Part shown: positions 54,901-64,000 of the stretch, one piece after another
Position numbering within the stretch: position 1 is the stretch's first letter
How the letters are laid out: every line of letters begins with the position of its first letter
Source of the DNA: a virus
Lineage: Duplodnaviria; Heunggongvirae; Uroviricota; Caudoviricetes
IMG/VR virus record: IMGVR_UViG_3300015615_001160
Coordinates: 18,526-82,525 of that record
Direction: 5' to 3' (one strand)
Length of the DNA: 64,000 nucleotides
The notes under the pieces: generated by a model
Databases searched by the model: none
What the model saw: the letters and a program-made list of their open reading frames with translations, nothing else
What the model was told of the DNA's origin: nothing
Made by a program: the position numbers and the translations under genes

Positions 54901-55240
54901 CCTCGTCTATGTCGCGCAGGACGGTAGCGTCGTCGTCAACCACACTGACGCCAAGCGCCTCCTCGATCTTGCCCGCGCCGCTTGCAAAGACCGCAGCGAA
55001 CCAATCACGGAGGTCTATCAGCCGTTCAATCTCGCCACGAAGGACGGACGCCGCATGGACGCATATTCCGCGCTGTTGCAAAAGGGCATCCAGTCCATGA
55101 TCGCGCTGAAGGAGGAGAAGGACATTGATAGTCTCTTCAGCGGCGGCCCCGGCGGCAAGACCACCGCGTTGTTGAACACGATCACCGGCCTTGGCGACTT
55201 CGAGTTGATCGCCTTCCTCGTGGTGCAGCCCCGCGCATGA
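51911..55240 (+). CDS. SNF2/RAD54-family helicase
   Basis: DSVGLGKTFTALAV (motif I), VVIDESHNFRN (motif II), LMLSATPVNNRF, LIGTDCISEGQNLQDCDYLINYDIHWNPVRIIQRFGRIDRIGS (motifs V-VI). Confidence 0.85.
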   Translation: MKQASVWFSPVWPLPMEIIDNINHLLGDSLKQTITPGAKLKIAASCFSIYAFEALKAELEKIESLHFIFTSPTFVPGDVTDKVKKEHREFHIPKLERERSLYGSEFEVRLRNELTQKAIAKECATWMRDKAVFRSNRGCAPMQQFAGVSADGKESVYLPLHGFTAVDLGYEKGNAISNFVNRMDEQPLTTTYLSLFDQIWNDPEKLEDVTAKLCEHIASVYQENSPERIYFLMLYNIFSEFLEDISADVLPNDRTGYQDSLVWKKLYNFQRDAATGVINKLETYNGCILADSVGLGKTFTALAVVKYYELRNKSVLVLCPKKLADNWLTYKGNLVTNIFAKDRFGYDVLCHTDLLRESGYSFGMALNRVNWGNYDLVVIDESHNFRNNTAFEDRETRYQRLLNQVVRQGVKTKVLMLSATPVNNRFTDLRNQLALAYEGDPENLSAKLKSKKTIDEIFRRAQTAFNAWSLLPAEQRTAAAILDALDFDFFEVLDSVTIARSRRHIQTYYDTKDIGTFPERLKPLSFHCQLTHRKDVIGFNEIFARLSMLTLAVYAPLSYVQPSRLRKYEELYDPGDEIGHGNLGQSGREKGIQALMTVNLLKRLESSVHSFRLTLQSLADNHERTLAKIAAFKKTGRDATFADVSPAFADVEPEDDDEIPDPDDAQIGSNVQINLSDMDLPRWEHELRADLAIIEALLAEMRKITPSDDAKLQHIKTTILSKLASPINLANKKVLVFTAFADTADYLYEHLAPFFLEKAGLQSGKVTGAGSPKSTLKKSYDFQSLLTLFSPRSKEKAAILPKEPGEIDLLIGTDCISEGQNLQDCDYLINYDIHWNPVRIIQRFGRIDRIGSQNRCIQLVNYWPDITLDEYINLKERVESRMVIADVTATGDDNPLDAKANDVAYRREQLRRLQEEVIELEDLKTGISITDLGLNDFRMDLVNYVKTHSDLASLPNGMHAVVPAAPERGLVPGVIFALRNRNDGVNINQQNRLHPYYLVYVAQDGSVVVNHTDAKRLLDLARAACKDRSEPITEVYQPFNLATKDGRRMDAYSALLQKGIQSMIALKEEKDIDSLFSGGPGGKTTALLNTITGLGDFELIAFLVVQPRA

Positions 55241-55246
55241 TTCCCC

Positions 55247-55903
55247 ATGTTCGCTTACCCGAAACAAGCCGAATTCAATCGCGTGGTTCCGAAGAACAAG
55301 ATCTACGCGCACGCAAAAGCGTCGAAGCGCGTCCGGGAATTGTTTGTGGCCGAGGTCGGAGAGATTCTCTGGAAATACAAACTCTCCCCGGAAACGATCA
55401 ACCTCCCGGCGCGCCACGGCATCACCGAGATTCAGGTTTTTGAAATTGCCCTCAAAACTCCCGCACTCGACGAGGTGGTGATTCAGGCGATGGACAAGGC
55501 TATTCCGTTTCCGCTGCTCTTCCACTTCATCCACGGTGGTCAGGTTCGCTTCGCCGCCTCCTACAAGCGGCCCAGCGATGCGGATTCGTCGAAGTGGGTC
55601 ATCGAGGCGAGCTTTCAGACCGAGCCACAGCCGCTCGCAGCCGAGCGCCCGCCGCTGCCTGTCGCGCTCGATCTCGCCAGTCTCTACGAACAGATTGTCC
55701 GCTGCCACATCCCGCTCTCTCCGCGCACGGGCGAAAGCCTCGGGGAGCAGGTCACCCGCTACCGCGCGATTCAGTCGAAGCAGCACGAGCAGCGGCAGCT
55801 TGAGGCGCGGCTCGAAAAAGAAATTCAATTCAACCGCAAGGTGGAACTAAATGCGATTTTGCGTTCGGTCTCGAATGATCTCCGGACTTTGAACAAGATT
55901 TAA
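55247..55903 (+). CDS. DUF4391-like protein
   Basis: A 218-aa protein immediately downstream of the SNF2 gene, with gene order typical of SNF2-DUF4391 defence modules. Confidence 0.45.
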   Translation: MFAYPKQAEFNRVVPKNKIYAHAKASKRVRELFVAEVGEILWKYKLSPETINLPARHGITEIQVFEIALKTPALDEVVIQAMDKAIPFPLLFHFIHGGQVRFAASYKRPSDADSSKWVIEASFQTEPQPLAAERPPLPVALDLASLYEQIVRCHIPLSPRTGESLGEQVTRYRAIQSKQHEQRQLEARLEKEIQFNRKVELNAILRSVSNDLRTLNKI

Positions 55904-55912
55904 GACGACTCG

Positions 55913-56974
55913 ATGAACATCACAATTCACACGCAACTTCCCGCCTGTCCGAAGGCGGATACACTCGACCAGACAATCTCCATTCTATCATCGAGCCAGC
56001 AGTGGGAGCAGTTGTCTGTGGCGGTCGCTTATTCGTCGTTGGCGGGGGTCGCTCGGCTCCACGAGGTTGTGTATACGGCTCACCCCGACGCATCATTTCG
56101 TTGGCTGCTTGGTCTCGACGACTATGTGACCCAGCCGGGTGCAATCGACTTCTGTTGTTCGATCAAGAACGCAGATGTGCGGGTGTATTCGTCCAAGCGT
56201 CCGAATACACGCTTTCATCCAAAAGTGCTGCTTTTTGATGCTCCCAAAAAGGGGGCGGTATCATCGATGCTAATCGGTTCAGCCAACTTGACCTTTGCAG
56301 CACTGAACCGAAACTGCGAGGCAGTCGCGGTCATCGAAGCGCAGCGCCGAGCGGAGCGAATGGTGATGCGCGCCCGCTTCGAATCACTCTGGTCTTTGGG
56401 CGCCGCGCCCACTGGAAAGACCTTGTCAGATTACAAGCAGCAATTTGAAAAGCTCCGAAAATCGCGGTCGTTTCTCTTGGACGTGGAGTCTGAGCCACCT
56501 GCAACGCCAAAAACTATACTGCATTCTGACTCGGCTCAGATCAATCCGGGAACCGCCACTGTATGCTGGATTGAAGTCGGCAAGAACACTGCGATGGGCA
56601 GAGAGCTTGAAGTAAAAGGAGAGCAAGCGTGGTTCTTTGGACTTGAACCCACTGGTGGCACTGCCGCTTTCCGTGATTTCCTTGTCTCCAGCGGAGACAC
56701 AGTGCCATTGCGCTTAAAGTATCAGGGCAATGCGATGTGGCGCTTACAACTGCGCGCAGGAGTTCCAGAGGTCGATGCAGGGCTTCGACCGGTAATCAAC
56801 GGAAAACTTGGCAGAAGTCCATATGTGGCTGTTTTTAAGCGGACGCAAACCAAAGGCCTGTTCACGCTTTCGTTCCCGCGGCGAGATTCAAGAGCATTTG
56901 AAGCTATCCGTAAACAGTCAGAGAAAACCGGGACGATTGGGAGCACCGCTGCCCGCGAATATGGCTGGTATTGA
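55913..56974 (+). CDS. PLD-family (HKD) nuclease, NgoFVII/Nuc-like
   Basis: RFHPKVLLFD........MLIGSANLT is a single HxK(x4)D(x6)GSxN motif. Confidence 0.7.
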   Translation: MNITIHTQLPACPKADTLDQTISILSSSQQWEQLSVAVAYSSLAGVARLHEVVYTAHPDASFRWLLGLDDYVTQPGAIDFCCSIKNADVRVYSSKRPNTRFHPKVLLFDAPKKGAVSSMLIGSANLTFAALNRNCEAVAVIEAQRRAERMVMRARFESLWSLGAAPTGKTLSDYKQQFEKLRKSRSFLLDVESEPPATPKTILHSDSAQINPGTATVCWIEVGKNTAMGRELEVKGEQAWFFGLEPTGGTAAFRDFLVSSGDTVPLRLKYQGNAMWRLQLRAGVPEVDAGLRPVINGKLGRSPYVAVFKRTQTKGLFTLSFPRRDSRAFEAIRKQSEKTGTIGSTAAREYGWY

Positions 56975-58853
56975 ACTGATTGGCATGACTAAACTCAAAC
57001 TCCACACCACTGACGGCATCAAGGAGCAGGCAAGCAGGCTTGCCGCTCTATTCCCCCAATGCATCACCGAGGCAAAAAATGCGGATGGTGAAATTGTCGC
57101 GGCACTAGATTTCGACCTGCTTCGCCAAGAACTATCATCTGTCATCGTTGATGGCCCGTCCGAACGATATGGCTTAAATTGGCCGGGGAAGCGGGAATCG
57201 CTGATTACCGCAAATCTACCTGTGGCAAAGACCCTGCGACCGTCTCGGGCAGAAAGCATTGATTTTGAGACTACGCGCAACCTCTTTATCGAAGGTGACA
57301 ATCTCGATGGACTCAAGCTCCTCCAAGAGACTTTCCTCAATCGAATCAAAGTCATCTGCATCGATCCTCCCTACAACACAGGCCACGATTTTCTCTATGA
57401 GGACGACTTCGCTGAGGATGTCGCAAGTTACTTGGAAAAGAGCAATCAGAAGGACGAGGCTGGCAGTCGGCTTGTTACGAACGCCGAATCAAACGGACGT
57501 TTTCATTCGGACTGGCTTTCGATGATCTATCCGCGACTCCGATTGGCGCGTAACCTACTACGAGATGATGGTGTCATCTTTATTACGATCTCTGACGTAG
57601 AGGTGGGGAACCTTAGGAAGGTGTGCGACGAGGTCTTCGGAGAAGGAAATTTTGTTGCGAACATTGTTTGGCAAAAAAAATATACGCGCGCGAATGACGC
57701 GAAATGGTTTTCCGACAACCATGACCACGTCCTTTGTTTTGCGAGAGACAAAGCCAGTCTTCGACTGAACAGCCTTCCGCGGAACGAGGAACAACTTAGT
57801 GCCTATTCAAACCCGGATAATCATCCCAAGGGCCGATGGAAAGCCACTCCACTCCACGCGAAGAGCGGAACAAACACTAATGCCTACATATTCCGCAATG
57901 GCGTTACGTGGACGCCGCCCGCTGGGACTTTCCGTCGTTTTAATGACGAGTCGATGCGGACAATGGATGAGGGCAACGAGATTTGGTTCGGTTCGGACGG
58001 GAAGCAAATCCCAAGCAGGAAGAGCTTTCTTAGTGAAATCAAAGATGGGGTCGTGCCAGTAACCATCTGGCCCTACGAGGAAGTCGGACACAATCACGAA
58101 GCTAACAACGAACTTAAGGAGTTGGGGCTAAACGGCGTGTTTGATAATCCCAAGCCATCGCGATTGTTCAAACGAGCCATTTATTTGGCGAGTTCAGCGG
58201 AGAAGGATGATATCATTCTCGATTTCTTTGCAGGCTCATCCACAACGGCGAGTGCGGTGATGTCGCTGAACGCAGAGGATGGTGGAACACGGCGCTTTAT
58301 CATGATGCAATTGCCGGAACCGTGCGATCAGGCTTCGGAGGCATTTAAGGCGGGATTCACTTCAATCGTTGAGGTTAGCAAGGAGCGCATTCGTCGTGCA
58401 GGGGCAAAAGTCAAAGCGGCCAACGCCACCACTGCACCGCGTCTTGATACTGGTTTCCGTGTCCTGAAGATCGACACATCAAACATGGCGGACGTATATT
58501 ACGCGCCGGACGCGGTTAAGCAGGCCGACCTCGTGGCGCACACGGACAACATCAAACCGGATCGCACGCCGGAAGACCTGCTCTTTCAAGTGCTGGTGGA
58601 TTGGGGCGTGGACTTGTCCTTGCCCATCACGCAGGAGACCATCGCCGGAAAGATGGTCTTCTTCGTGGATGGGAACGCCCTTGCCGCCTGCTTCGACCCG
58701 AAGGTGAGCGAAGACCTTGTGAAGGAACTAGCGAAGCGCAAGCCGTTGCGTGCCGTCTTCCGCGACAGCAGCTACGACAGCGACAGTGTGAAGATCAACG
58801 TGGAGCAAATCTTCAAGCTCCTCAGCCCCGAGACCGAAGTGAAGTCGCTGTAG
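56961..58853 (+). CDS. mod: Type III-like adenine-specific DNA methyltransferase (Mod)
   Basis: VICIDPPYNTGHDF (DPPY motif IV) and ILDFFAGSSTTASAV (motif I). The start overlaps the PLD stop; an alternative start is at 56988. Confidence 0.8.
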   Translation: MAGIELIGMTKLKLHTTDGIKEQASRLAALFPQCITEAKNADGEIVAALDFDLLRQELSSVIVDGPSERYGLNWPGKRESLITANLPVAKTLRPSRAESIDFETTRNLFIEGDNLDGLKLLQETFLNRIKVICIDPPYNTGHDFLYEDDFAEDVASYLEKSNQKDEAGSRLVTNAESNGRFHSDWLSMIYPRLRLARNLLRDDGVIFITISDVEVGNLRKVCDEVFGEGNFVANIVWQKKYTRANDAKWFSDNHDHVLCFARDKASLRLNSLPRNEEQLSAYSNPDNHPKGRWKATPLHAKSGTNTNAYIFRNGVTWTPPAGTFRRFNDESMRTMDEGNEIWFGSDGKQIPSRKSFLSEIKDGVVPVTIWPYEEVGHNHEANNELKELGLNGVFDNPKPSRLFKRAIYLASSAEKDDIILDFFAGSSTTASAVMSLNAEDGGTRRFIMMQLPEPCDQASEAFKAGFTSIVEVSKERIRRAGAKVKAANATTAPRLDTGFRVLKIDTSNMADVYYAPDAVKQADLVAHTDNIKPDRTPEDLLFQVLVDWGVDLSLPITQETIAGKMVFFVDGNALAACFDPKVSEDLVKELAKRKPLRAVFRDSSYDSDSVKINVEQIFKLLSPETEVKSL

Positions 58854-58856
58854 CCC

Positions 58857-61800
58857 ATGAAGCTGAAATTCAAACAGCAGGCATTCCAGACAGACGCCGT
58901 GAAGGCGGTGGTGGATTGCTTCGCCGGACAGCCGAAGAGCACCGGCTCCAAGTATGCGATTGACCGTGGACACGAGGACGCTGGGGGCCAGCAGATGCTC
59001 CGCAGCGTGGACGCGGACGGTTTTGCCAATGCAAACCTCGGGATCGCGCCCAAGCAGCTTTTGGAGAATGTGCAGACGGTGCAGCGACGGCAGGGACTGC
59101 CCGTTGCTCCCGAGCTGGTGGTCTCGTCCGTAAGCAAGGTGAACCTCGACATCGAGATGGAGACGGGGACGGGCAAGACCTACTGCTACATCAAAACGAT
59201 GTTCGAGCTGAACCGTGACTACGGATGGAGCAAGTTCATCGTGGTGGTGCCGAGCATCGCCATCCGCGAAGGGGTGCTGAAGTCCTTCGAGATCATGGCG
59301 GAACACTTCCACGAGGAATACAAAAAGAAGGCGCGGTATTTCGTCTATAACTCGAAGCAGCTTCACAATCTGGAGAGCTTCTCGTCGGACGCTGGGATCA
59401 ACGTGATGATTATCAACGTGCAGGCATTCAACGCGCGCGGCGAGGACGCGCGACGCATCTACCTGGAGTTGGATGATTTTCAGTCACGCCGACCGATTGA
59501 CGTCATCAAGAAGAACCGGCCCATCCTCGTCCTCGACGAGCCGCAGAAGATGGAGGGCAAGGCCACGACGGAGAAGCTGACGGAGTTCGACCCGCTGATG
59601 ATCCTGCGCTACTCCGCCACGCACAAGACAGAGCACAACAAGGTGTATCGGCTCGATGCGATTGACGCCTACAACCAGAAGCTCGTGAAGAAGATCGCCG
59701 TGCGCGGCATCACGGTGCGCGGGTTGGCTGGGACGAACGCCTACCTTTACCTCGAAGGCATCCGCATCGCGACGACCAAGCCGCCGGAAGCCCGCGCGGA
59801 ACTGGAAATCCAGCAGAAGAGCGGCATCAAGCGCGTGCTGCGTATGCTGCGGAAGAACGACAATCTGCACGACCTGTCCGACGGGCTGGAGCAGTATCGC
59901 GGCTTCGTGGTGTCGGACATCAACGCCATCGAGAACACGATCAGCTTCACTAACGGCGTGGTGCTCGGCGCTGGCGAGGCTACGGGGGATGTGAACGAAT
60001 CCGCCCTGCGGCGCATCCAGATCCGCGAGGCAATCAAAGCGCACTTCGAAAAGGAGAAGGCGCTCTTTGCCCAAGGAGTGAAGGTGCTCTCACTGTTCTT
60101 TATTGATGAGGTCGCGAAGTATCGCAGCTACGACGAGGCCGGTGAAGTCGCGGGCGAATACGCGCAGATGTTCGAGGAGGAATACAACAGCCAGCTTAAT
60201 GAGGTGCTGACGCTGGAGGACACGCCCTACAACCGCTACCTGCGCGGCATCACTGCCACCAAGACGCACAACGGCTACTTCTCCATTGATAAGAAAACGA
60301 AGCGACTGGTGAACCCGGACGTGAAGACTCGTGGCGAATCCGCCGGGGAGGCCGACGACGTGGACGCCTACGATCTCATTTTGAAAGACAAGGAACGGCT
60401 GCTGACCTTCGCCGAGCCGGTGCGGTTCCTATTTTCCCACTCGGCGCTGCGCGAAGGCTGGGACAACTCGAATGTCTTCGTGATCTGCACGCTCAAGCAC
60501 AGCGACAACACGATTTCGCGCAGGCAGGAAGTCGGGCGCGGGATGCGCTTGGCGCGCAACCAGAGCGGAGATCGGATCGACGACCCTGCCATCGTGCATC
60601 AGGTGAACGTGCTCACGGTCGTGGCCAACGAGAGCTACAAGGACTTCGTGGCCGGACTGCAAAAGGACATCAGCGCCTCGCTCTCCGCACGCCCGAAGCA
60701 GGCCAACGCTGAGTATTTCCAAGACAAGGTGCTCAAGACGCCAACCGGCGACGTGAAGGTGACGCCACAGTTGGCGAAGCTGATCGAGCGATACCTCGTG
60801 AAGAACGACTACTCGGACACGGACGAGCGGATCACTGAGGAGTATCACGCTGCAAAGAAGGAAGGCACGCTCGCGGCTTTGCCTGCCGAACTGGAGCCGT
60901 TAAAAGAGCAGGTCTTCCAACTGATCGACAGCGTCTTCAGCACCGCCCAGCTTCCTGAGATCGAGGACGACCGAAAGGGCAAGGTGAACCCGCTCAATGC
61001 GAACTTCGAGAAGCGGGAGTTCCAAGAGCTATGGAGCCGGATCAACCGCAAGGCCATCTACGCGGTGGATTTTCAAACCAGTGAGCTGATCGAGAAGTGC
61101 ATCGCGGCGCTCGACAAGGAACTCAAGGTGACGCCGCTCCAATACACGGTGACCGCTGGCGAGCAGACCGAGGAAGCAACCTACGATGCGGTGAAGAAAG
61201 GCGAGGCGTTTGTGGTGAAAGAAAACGAAACGGATCATCTGACGAGTTCAGCGCGTTCCGCTGTGAAGTATGACCTCATCGGCAAACTGGCGGAGGACAC
61301 TCAACTCACGCGCCATACCGTCGCGACCATCCTGCAAGGCATCAACGTCGCTGTCTTTGCCCAATACAAAACGAATCCCGAGGACTTCATCCTCAAAGCG
61401 GGCACGCTGATCAACGAGCAGAAGGCCACTGTGATCGTCGAGCACCTCGCCTACAACCCGGTGGAGGACACGCACAGCACCGACATTTTCACCCAGCAGA
61501 AGAAGGAAGACCTCAGCCGGGGTTTCCGTGCGACTCGACACATCTACGACTACGTCTTCACCGATTCGACGAACGAGCGAACCTTCGTCGGCGAACTGGA
61601 TGCCAGCAGCGAAGTGGTCGTCTATGCGAAGCTGCCCAAGAGCTTTCACATCCCAACGCCTGTCGGAAACTACAACCCCGATTGGGCCATCGCCTTCGAA
61701 GCCGGCAAGGTGAAGCACGTCTATTTCATCGCGGAGACGAAAGGCTCAATGTCCTCGATGGACTTGCGGAAGATCGAGGAATCCAAGATCGAATGCGCCC

Positions 61801-61886
61801 GGAAGTTCTTCAGCAAAATCACGTCCGACAAAGTGAAATATGAGGTGGTGAACAGTTACGGGAAGCTGATGGAACTGGTGAAATAG
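58857..61886 (+). CDS. res: Type III restriction enzyme Res subunit (SF2 helicase-nuclease)
   Basis: [17 protein letters not shown] (Walker A) and LVLDEPQKM (DExx). About 1,009 aa, located 3 nt after the Mod stop. Confidence 0.85.
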   Translation: MKLKFKQQAFQTDAVKAVVDCFAGQPKSTGSKYAIDRGHEDAGGQQMLRSVDADGFANANLGIAPKQLLENVQTVQRRQGLPVAPELVVSSVSKVNLDIEMETGTGKTYCYIKTMFELNRDYGWSKFIVVVPSIAIREGVLKSFEIMAEHFHEEYKKKARYFVYNSKQLHNLESFSSDAGINVMIINVQAFNARGEDARRIYLELDDFQSRRPIDVIKKNRPILVLDEPQKMEGKATTEKLTEFDPLMILRYSATHKTEHNKVYRLDAIDAYNQKLVKKIAVRGITVRGLAGTNAYLYLEGIRIATTKPPEARAELEIQQKSGIKRVLRMLRKNDNLHDLSDGLEQYRGFVVSDINAIENTISFTNGVVLGAGEATGDVNESALRRIQIREAIKAHFEKEKALFAQGVKVLSLFFIDEVAKYRSYDEAGEVAGEYAQMFEEEYNSQLNEVLTLEDTPYNRYLRGITATKTHNGYFSIDKKTKRLVNPDVKTRGESAGEADDVDAYDLILKDKERLLTFAEPVRFLFSHSALREGWDNSNVFVICTLKHSDNTISRRQEVGRGMRLARNQSGDRIDDPAIVHQVNVLTVVANESYKDFVAGLQKDISASLSARPKQANAEYFQDKVLKTPTGDVKVTPQLAKLIERYLVKNDYSDTDERITEEYHAAKKEGTLAALPAELEPLKEQVFQLIDSVFSTAQLPEIEDDRKGKVNPLNANFEKREFQELWSRINRKAIYAVDFQTSELIEKCIAALDKELKVTPLQYTVTAGEQTEEATYDAVKKGEAFVVKENETDHLTSSARSAVKYDLIGKLAEDTQLTRHTVATILQGINVAVFAQYKTNPEDFILKAGTLINEQKATVIVEHLAYNPVEDTHSTDIFTQQKKEDLSRGFRATRHIYDYVFTDSTNERTFVGELDASSEVVVYAKLPKSFHIPTPVGNYNPDWAIAFEAGKVKHVYFIAETKGSMSSMDLRKIEESKIECARKFFSKITSDKVKYEVVNSYGKLMELVK

Positions 61887-61981
61887 GCAGCGCGCGCAAG
61901 CCATTGCAGCAGGTCGGTGAAACCGGGAATCGCCCCGGAAGTCCTCGCCTGACTGCGGCCTTAGAGCTACGTCTCGCGCGG

Positions 61982-62557
61982 ATGCCACGACGCAAGAAAC
62001 CTGCACCCAAAACGCTCGACGCTCTCGTCGCCTGCGCCCGCGATTACGCGGAGTTCGCCATGCGAAACATCGGGCGCGTTCCGCCGACGATGTTCGCCGC
62101 CACGCCCGGAGGACTGCTCAACTTTCTGCCCGAAAGTTTGGAGAACGAACGCGCCAAGACGGACTTCGCCAATACGGGCCGGATGATCTGCGTGGCGTTC
62201 GGCGCGGAGGCGGTCGTGATGGTGCTAGAGTCGTGGGTGACGTTCGCCAAGCCGGGCGAATCGCTCGACATGACGCCACCGTCCGAGTCGTTCGAGCGAA
62301 AGGAATTCGTGGTGCTGATGGCCGAGGAGCGCGGCGCGCAGCAGCAGCAGCTACTGCCGATCCTCCGCACCGACGCGGGCGGTTTCTTCGGTTTCGGCGA
62401 GTTCGACGCATCGAAGTTCGACGGCTTCCAAGGCCGCTTCGCTGGAATGCTGCCGCCAAAAGCTCCGACCGACGAGATGCGCGCCGTCGCGCAGGCCGTC
62501 CTCGCTGTAATGGGTGTCACCCGCGATTCGCTGACGCCGAAACTCGGAAACAACTGA
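61982..62557 (+). CDS. Hypothetical protein
   Basis: ORF starting MPRRKKPAPKTL, downstream of res. Confidence 0.35.
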   Translation: MPRRKKPAPKTLDALVACARDYAEFAMRNIGRVPPTMFAATPGGLLNFLPESLENERAKTDFANTGRMICVAFGAEAVVMVLESWVTFAKPGESLDMTPPSESFERKEFVVLMAEERGAQQQQLLPILRTDAGGFFGFGEFDASKFDGFQGRFAGMLPPKAPTDEMRAVAQAVLAVMGVTRDSLTPKLGNN

Positions 62558-62563
62558 GCCGCG

Positions 62564-62854
62564 TCACCTCTTCAGCCGCTCCTTGAGTTGCTCCATCACC
62601 ACCGAGTTGTGGGCGATGATCTCGCTGCTCTTCGTGAGCGCGGCGACCATCTCGGCGTTCGCGGTTTTCAGGTGCTCCTCAAACTCGCTACGCGTAGCGA
62701 CAATTTCCCGCTGCAAGGCCTCGATCTGCCGCATGAAGTAGCGGGCGAGCACGAAGACCGTAATCAGCCCGATCACGAGCAGCGCGACGAACATCCAGCG
62801 GTCGTCCATGCTGGCGGCGTGATCGATGGTCTTGATGGCTTCGTTGACGTCCAT
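62564..62854 (-). CDS. Small membrane protein (one TM segment)
   Basis: WMFVALLVIGLITVFVLA. Confidence 0.35.
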   Translation of the reverse strand: MDVNEAIKTIDHAASMDDRWMFVALLVIGLITVFVLARYFMRQIEALQREIVATRSEFEEHLKTANAEMVAALTKSSEIIAHNSVVMEQLKERLKR

Positions 62855-62887
62855 GCCCGATGCCGGGTGTCAAACTGCAAGCGCCGG

Positions 62888-63625
62888 TCAGACGCAGTCC
62901 TCGAAACGAATCCGCCCGTGCTGCTGCCAGTAGGCGAGGAATCGCTCCGACTCGTGACCCCACTGGTAGGCGGTGCGCTCCCGCAGCGCGAGGCGCTCGG
63001 CGAGATGGTCGAGCACGATGGCGTTCCACTTGTAGTGCAAGACTCGGCCGCTGCGCGGGAACAGTCGCTCGTCCGGCATGCTGTGGTGACCGCGTGCGAC
63101 GGATTGGAAACCGCGAGTGAGGATCAGCTTCCGGTCGCAGCCGCCGAGGATGCGCTTGGTGATGCGCGTCTCGACGGGGAACTGCTCGCGGATCGGAACG
63201 TCGTCACGGATCAGCGGCAGCGAACCGTCGGCGGCAATGCGATCCACGAACCAGCCTTGGACGCAGTTCGCTTCGCCAGCAGTCGCCGCGAGGTCGGCCA
63301 GAGGCAGCGGGTTTTCGTAAAACTCGTCGAGATCAGCCTGCGCCGACCATTCGTGGCGATCCTCGACGTAGCGCGCCCGCAGCCCGTTCAGGACGGCGGT
63401 GTCGCGACCATTGTCGAAGACGCCGCTGTAGAGCGGCTCGACGTGAACCGTGGCATCGCCTGCGGCTTCGCGGATCATCGCCCACGGAATGTCCCGGCAC
63501 AGATCGCCCGCCGCGAGCACCACATCGGTGAACCCCAGCGCAGCGTAGTGCCGGACGAAGTGCGCGAGCAGCGGCGTCGGGCGATAGATGACGGTGAATA
63601 CTTTCCAGCGGGTCTGCGTGTTCAT
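62888..63625 (-). CDS. Hypothetical protein (possible glycosyltransferase-like)
   Basis: Start MNTQTRWKVFTVIYRPTPLL. There is an ATGA start/stop overlap with the upstream gene. Confidence 0.35.
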   Translation of the reverse strand: MNTQTRWKVFTVIYRPTPLLAHFVRHYAALGFTDVVLAAGDLCRDIPWAMIREAAGDATVHVEPLYSGVFDNGRDTAVLNGLRARYVEDRHEWSAQADLDEFYENPLPLADLAATAGEANCVQGWFVDRIAADGSLPLIRDDVPIREQFPVETRITKRILGGCDRKLILTRGFQSVARGHHSMPDERLFPRSGRVLHYKWNAIVLDHLAERLALRERTAYQWGHESERFLAYWQQHGRIRFEDCV

Positions 63626-64000
63626 GATTTGAGATGCCTCACCACTTCCGTGCAGTGCTTCTGCCGCCCCTCGACGTCGTAGTTGCTGTAACGATGCCGG
63701 GCGATGTCGGAGTCGCCGAGCGCCTGCCAGATGAGATTCGGGAACGCGGCGTAAGTCGGGAGCTTTTCGTGGAGCGAGGTCAGCAGCACATCCGTGCATT
63801 GGCCGCGTGCAGTCGTGCGCCCTCGCATGACCTTTCGCACTTCGCGGTAAGCACTGCGCCGAAACGCCACCGCGTGCGTGTCGAGAGCGCGGGCGACGCG
63901 CACGACGCCTTCATTCACGCGCTTCGGCGGCGCGAGGTGCTGACAGCCGAAATAGAAAATCTCCCAGTCGTCCGGCAGTTCGAGCGCGGCCACGCGTTCG
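63622..64000 (-). CDS. 3' part of a gene that continues beyond the window (glycosyltransferase family 25-like C-terminus)
   Basis: The ORF is open to the window's right edge on the minus strand. Confidence 0.3.
   Translation of the reverse strand, partial: ERVAALELPDDWEIFYFGCQHLAPPKRVNEGVVRVARALDTHAVAFRRSAYREVRKVMRGRTTARGQCTDVLLTSLHEKLPTYAAFPNLIWQALGDSDIARHRYSNYDVEGRQKHCTEVVRHLKS

Noticed and set aside
56808-56960. N-terminal extension of the methyltransferase ORF from the ATG at 56808
   Set aside because: It overlaps the 3' end of the PLD gene in another frame for about 165 nt. The Met at 56961 (or 56988) gives a conventional short overlap.

Overview
The window has three distinct parts. 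(1) Positions 1-25841 (+) are the 3' part of one very large GC-rich gene, open to the window's left edge and so more than 8,595 aa. It is built from autotransporter-associated beta-strand repeats, contains a PA14 domain and six tandem ~96-aa repeats, ends in a PEP-CTERM sorting signal, and is followed by a terminator. (2) Positions 26-51.5 kb have lower GC and look like a mosaic mobile island. A co-oriented minus-strand RNA-repair block (HNH endonuclease, RtcB RNA ligase, hypothetical, nucleotidyltransferase, GNAT, Band-7/SPFH) sits downstream of a roughly 4-kb array of about 30 or more tandem tRNA-like genes (32.4-36.5 kb, minus strand). Their acceptor and T stems are supported by compensatory changes, and CCA is mostly encoded. 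Their T-loops and D-loops are consistently non-canonical: G at position 55 instead of U, and no G18G19. The anticodons cover most amino acids; four class-I units carry Leu anticodons, and class II Ser and Tyr units are present. The array also encloses about 880 bp of non-tRNA sequence with a recurring CCTTGCGGG motif. Two tRNA-Lys-like genes (CTT and TTT) flank the repair genes. The remainder of the island carries ExoD, an HUH Rep-like gene, a ClpS-like gene, a Cys-phosphatase, an XRE regulator, a serine recombinase, a Sel1 protein, a DUF2971-like gene, an excisionase-like gene and a tyrosine integrase. (3) Positions 51.9-61.9 kb hold a composite defence locus: SNF2 helicase, DUF4391, PLD nuclease, then a Type III-like Mod methyltransferase and Res helicase. 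Partial glycosyltransferase-like genes lie at the right edge. Most ORFs on the opposite strand of the GC-rich coding regions are frame artefacts.
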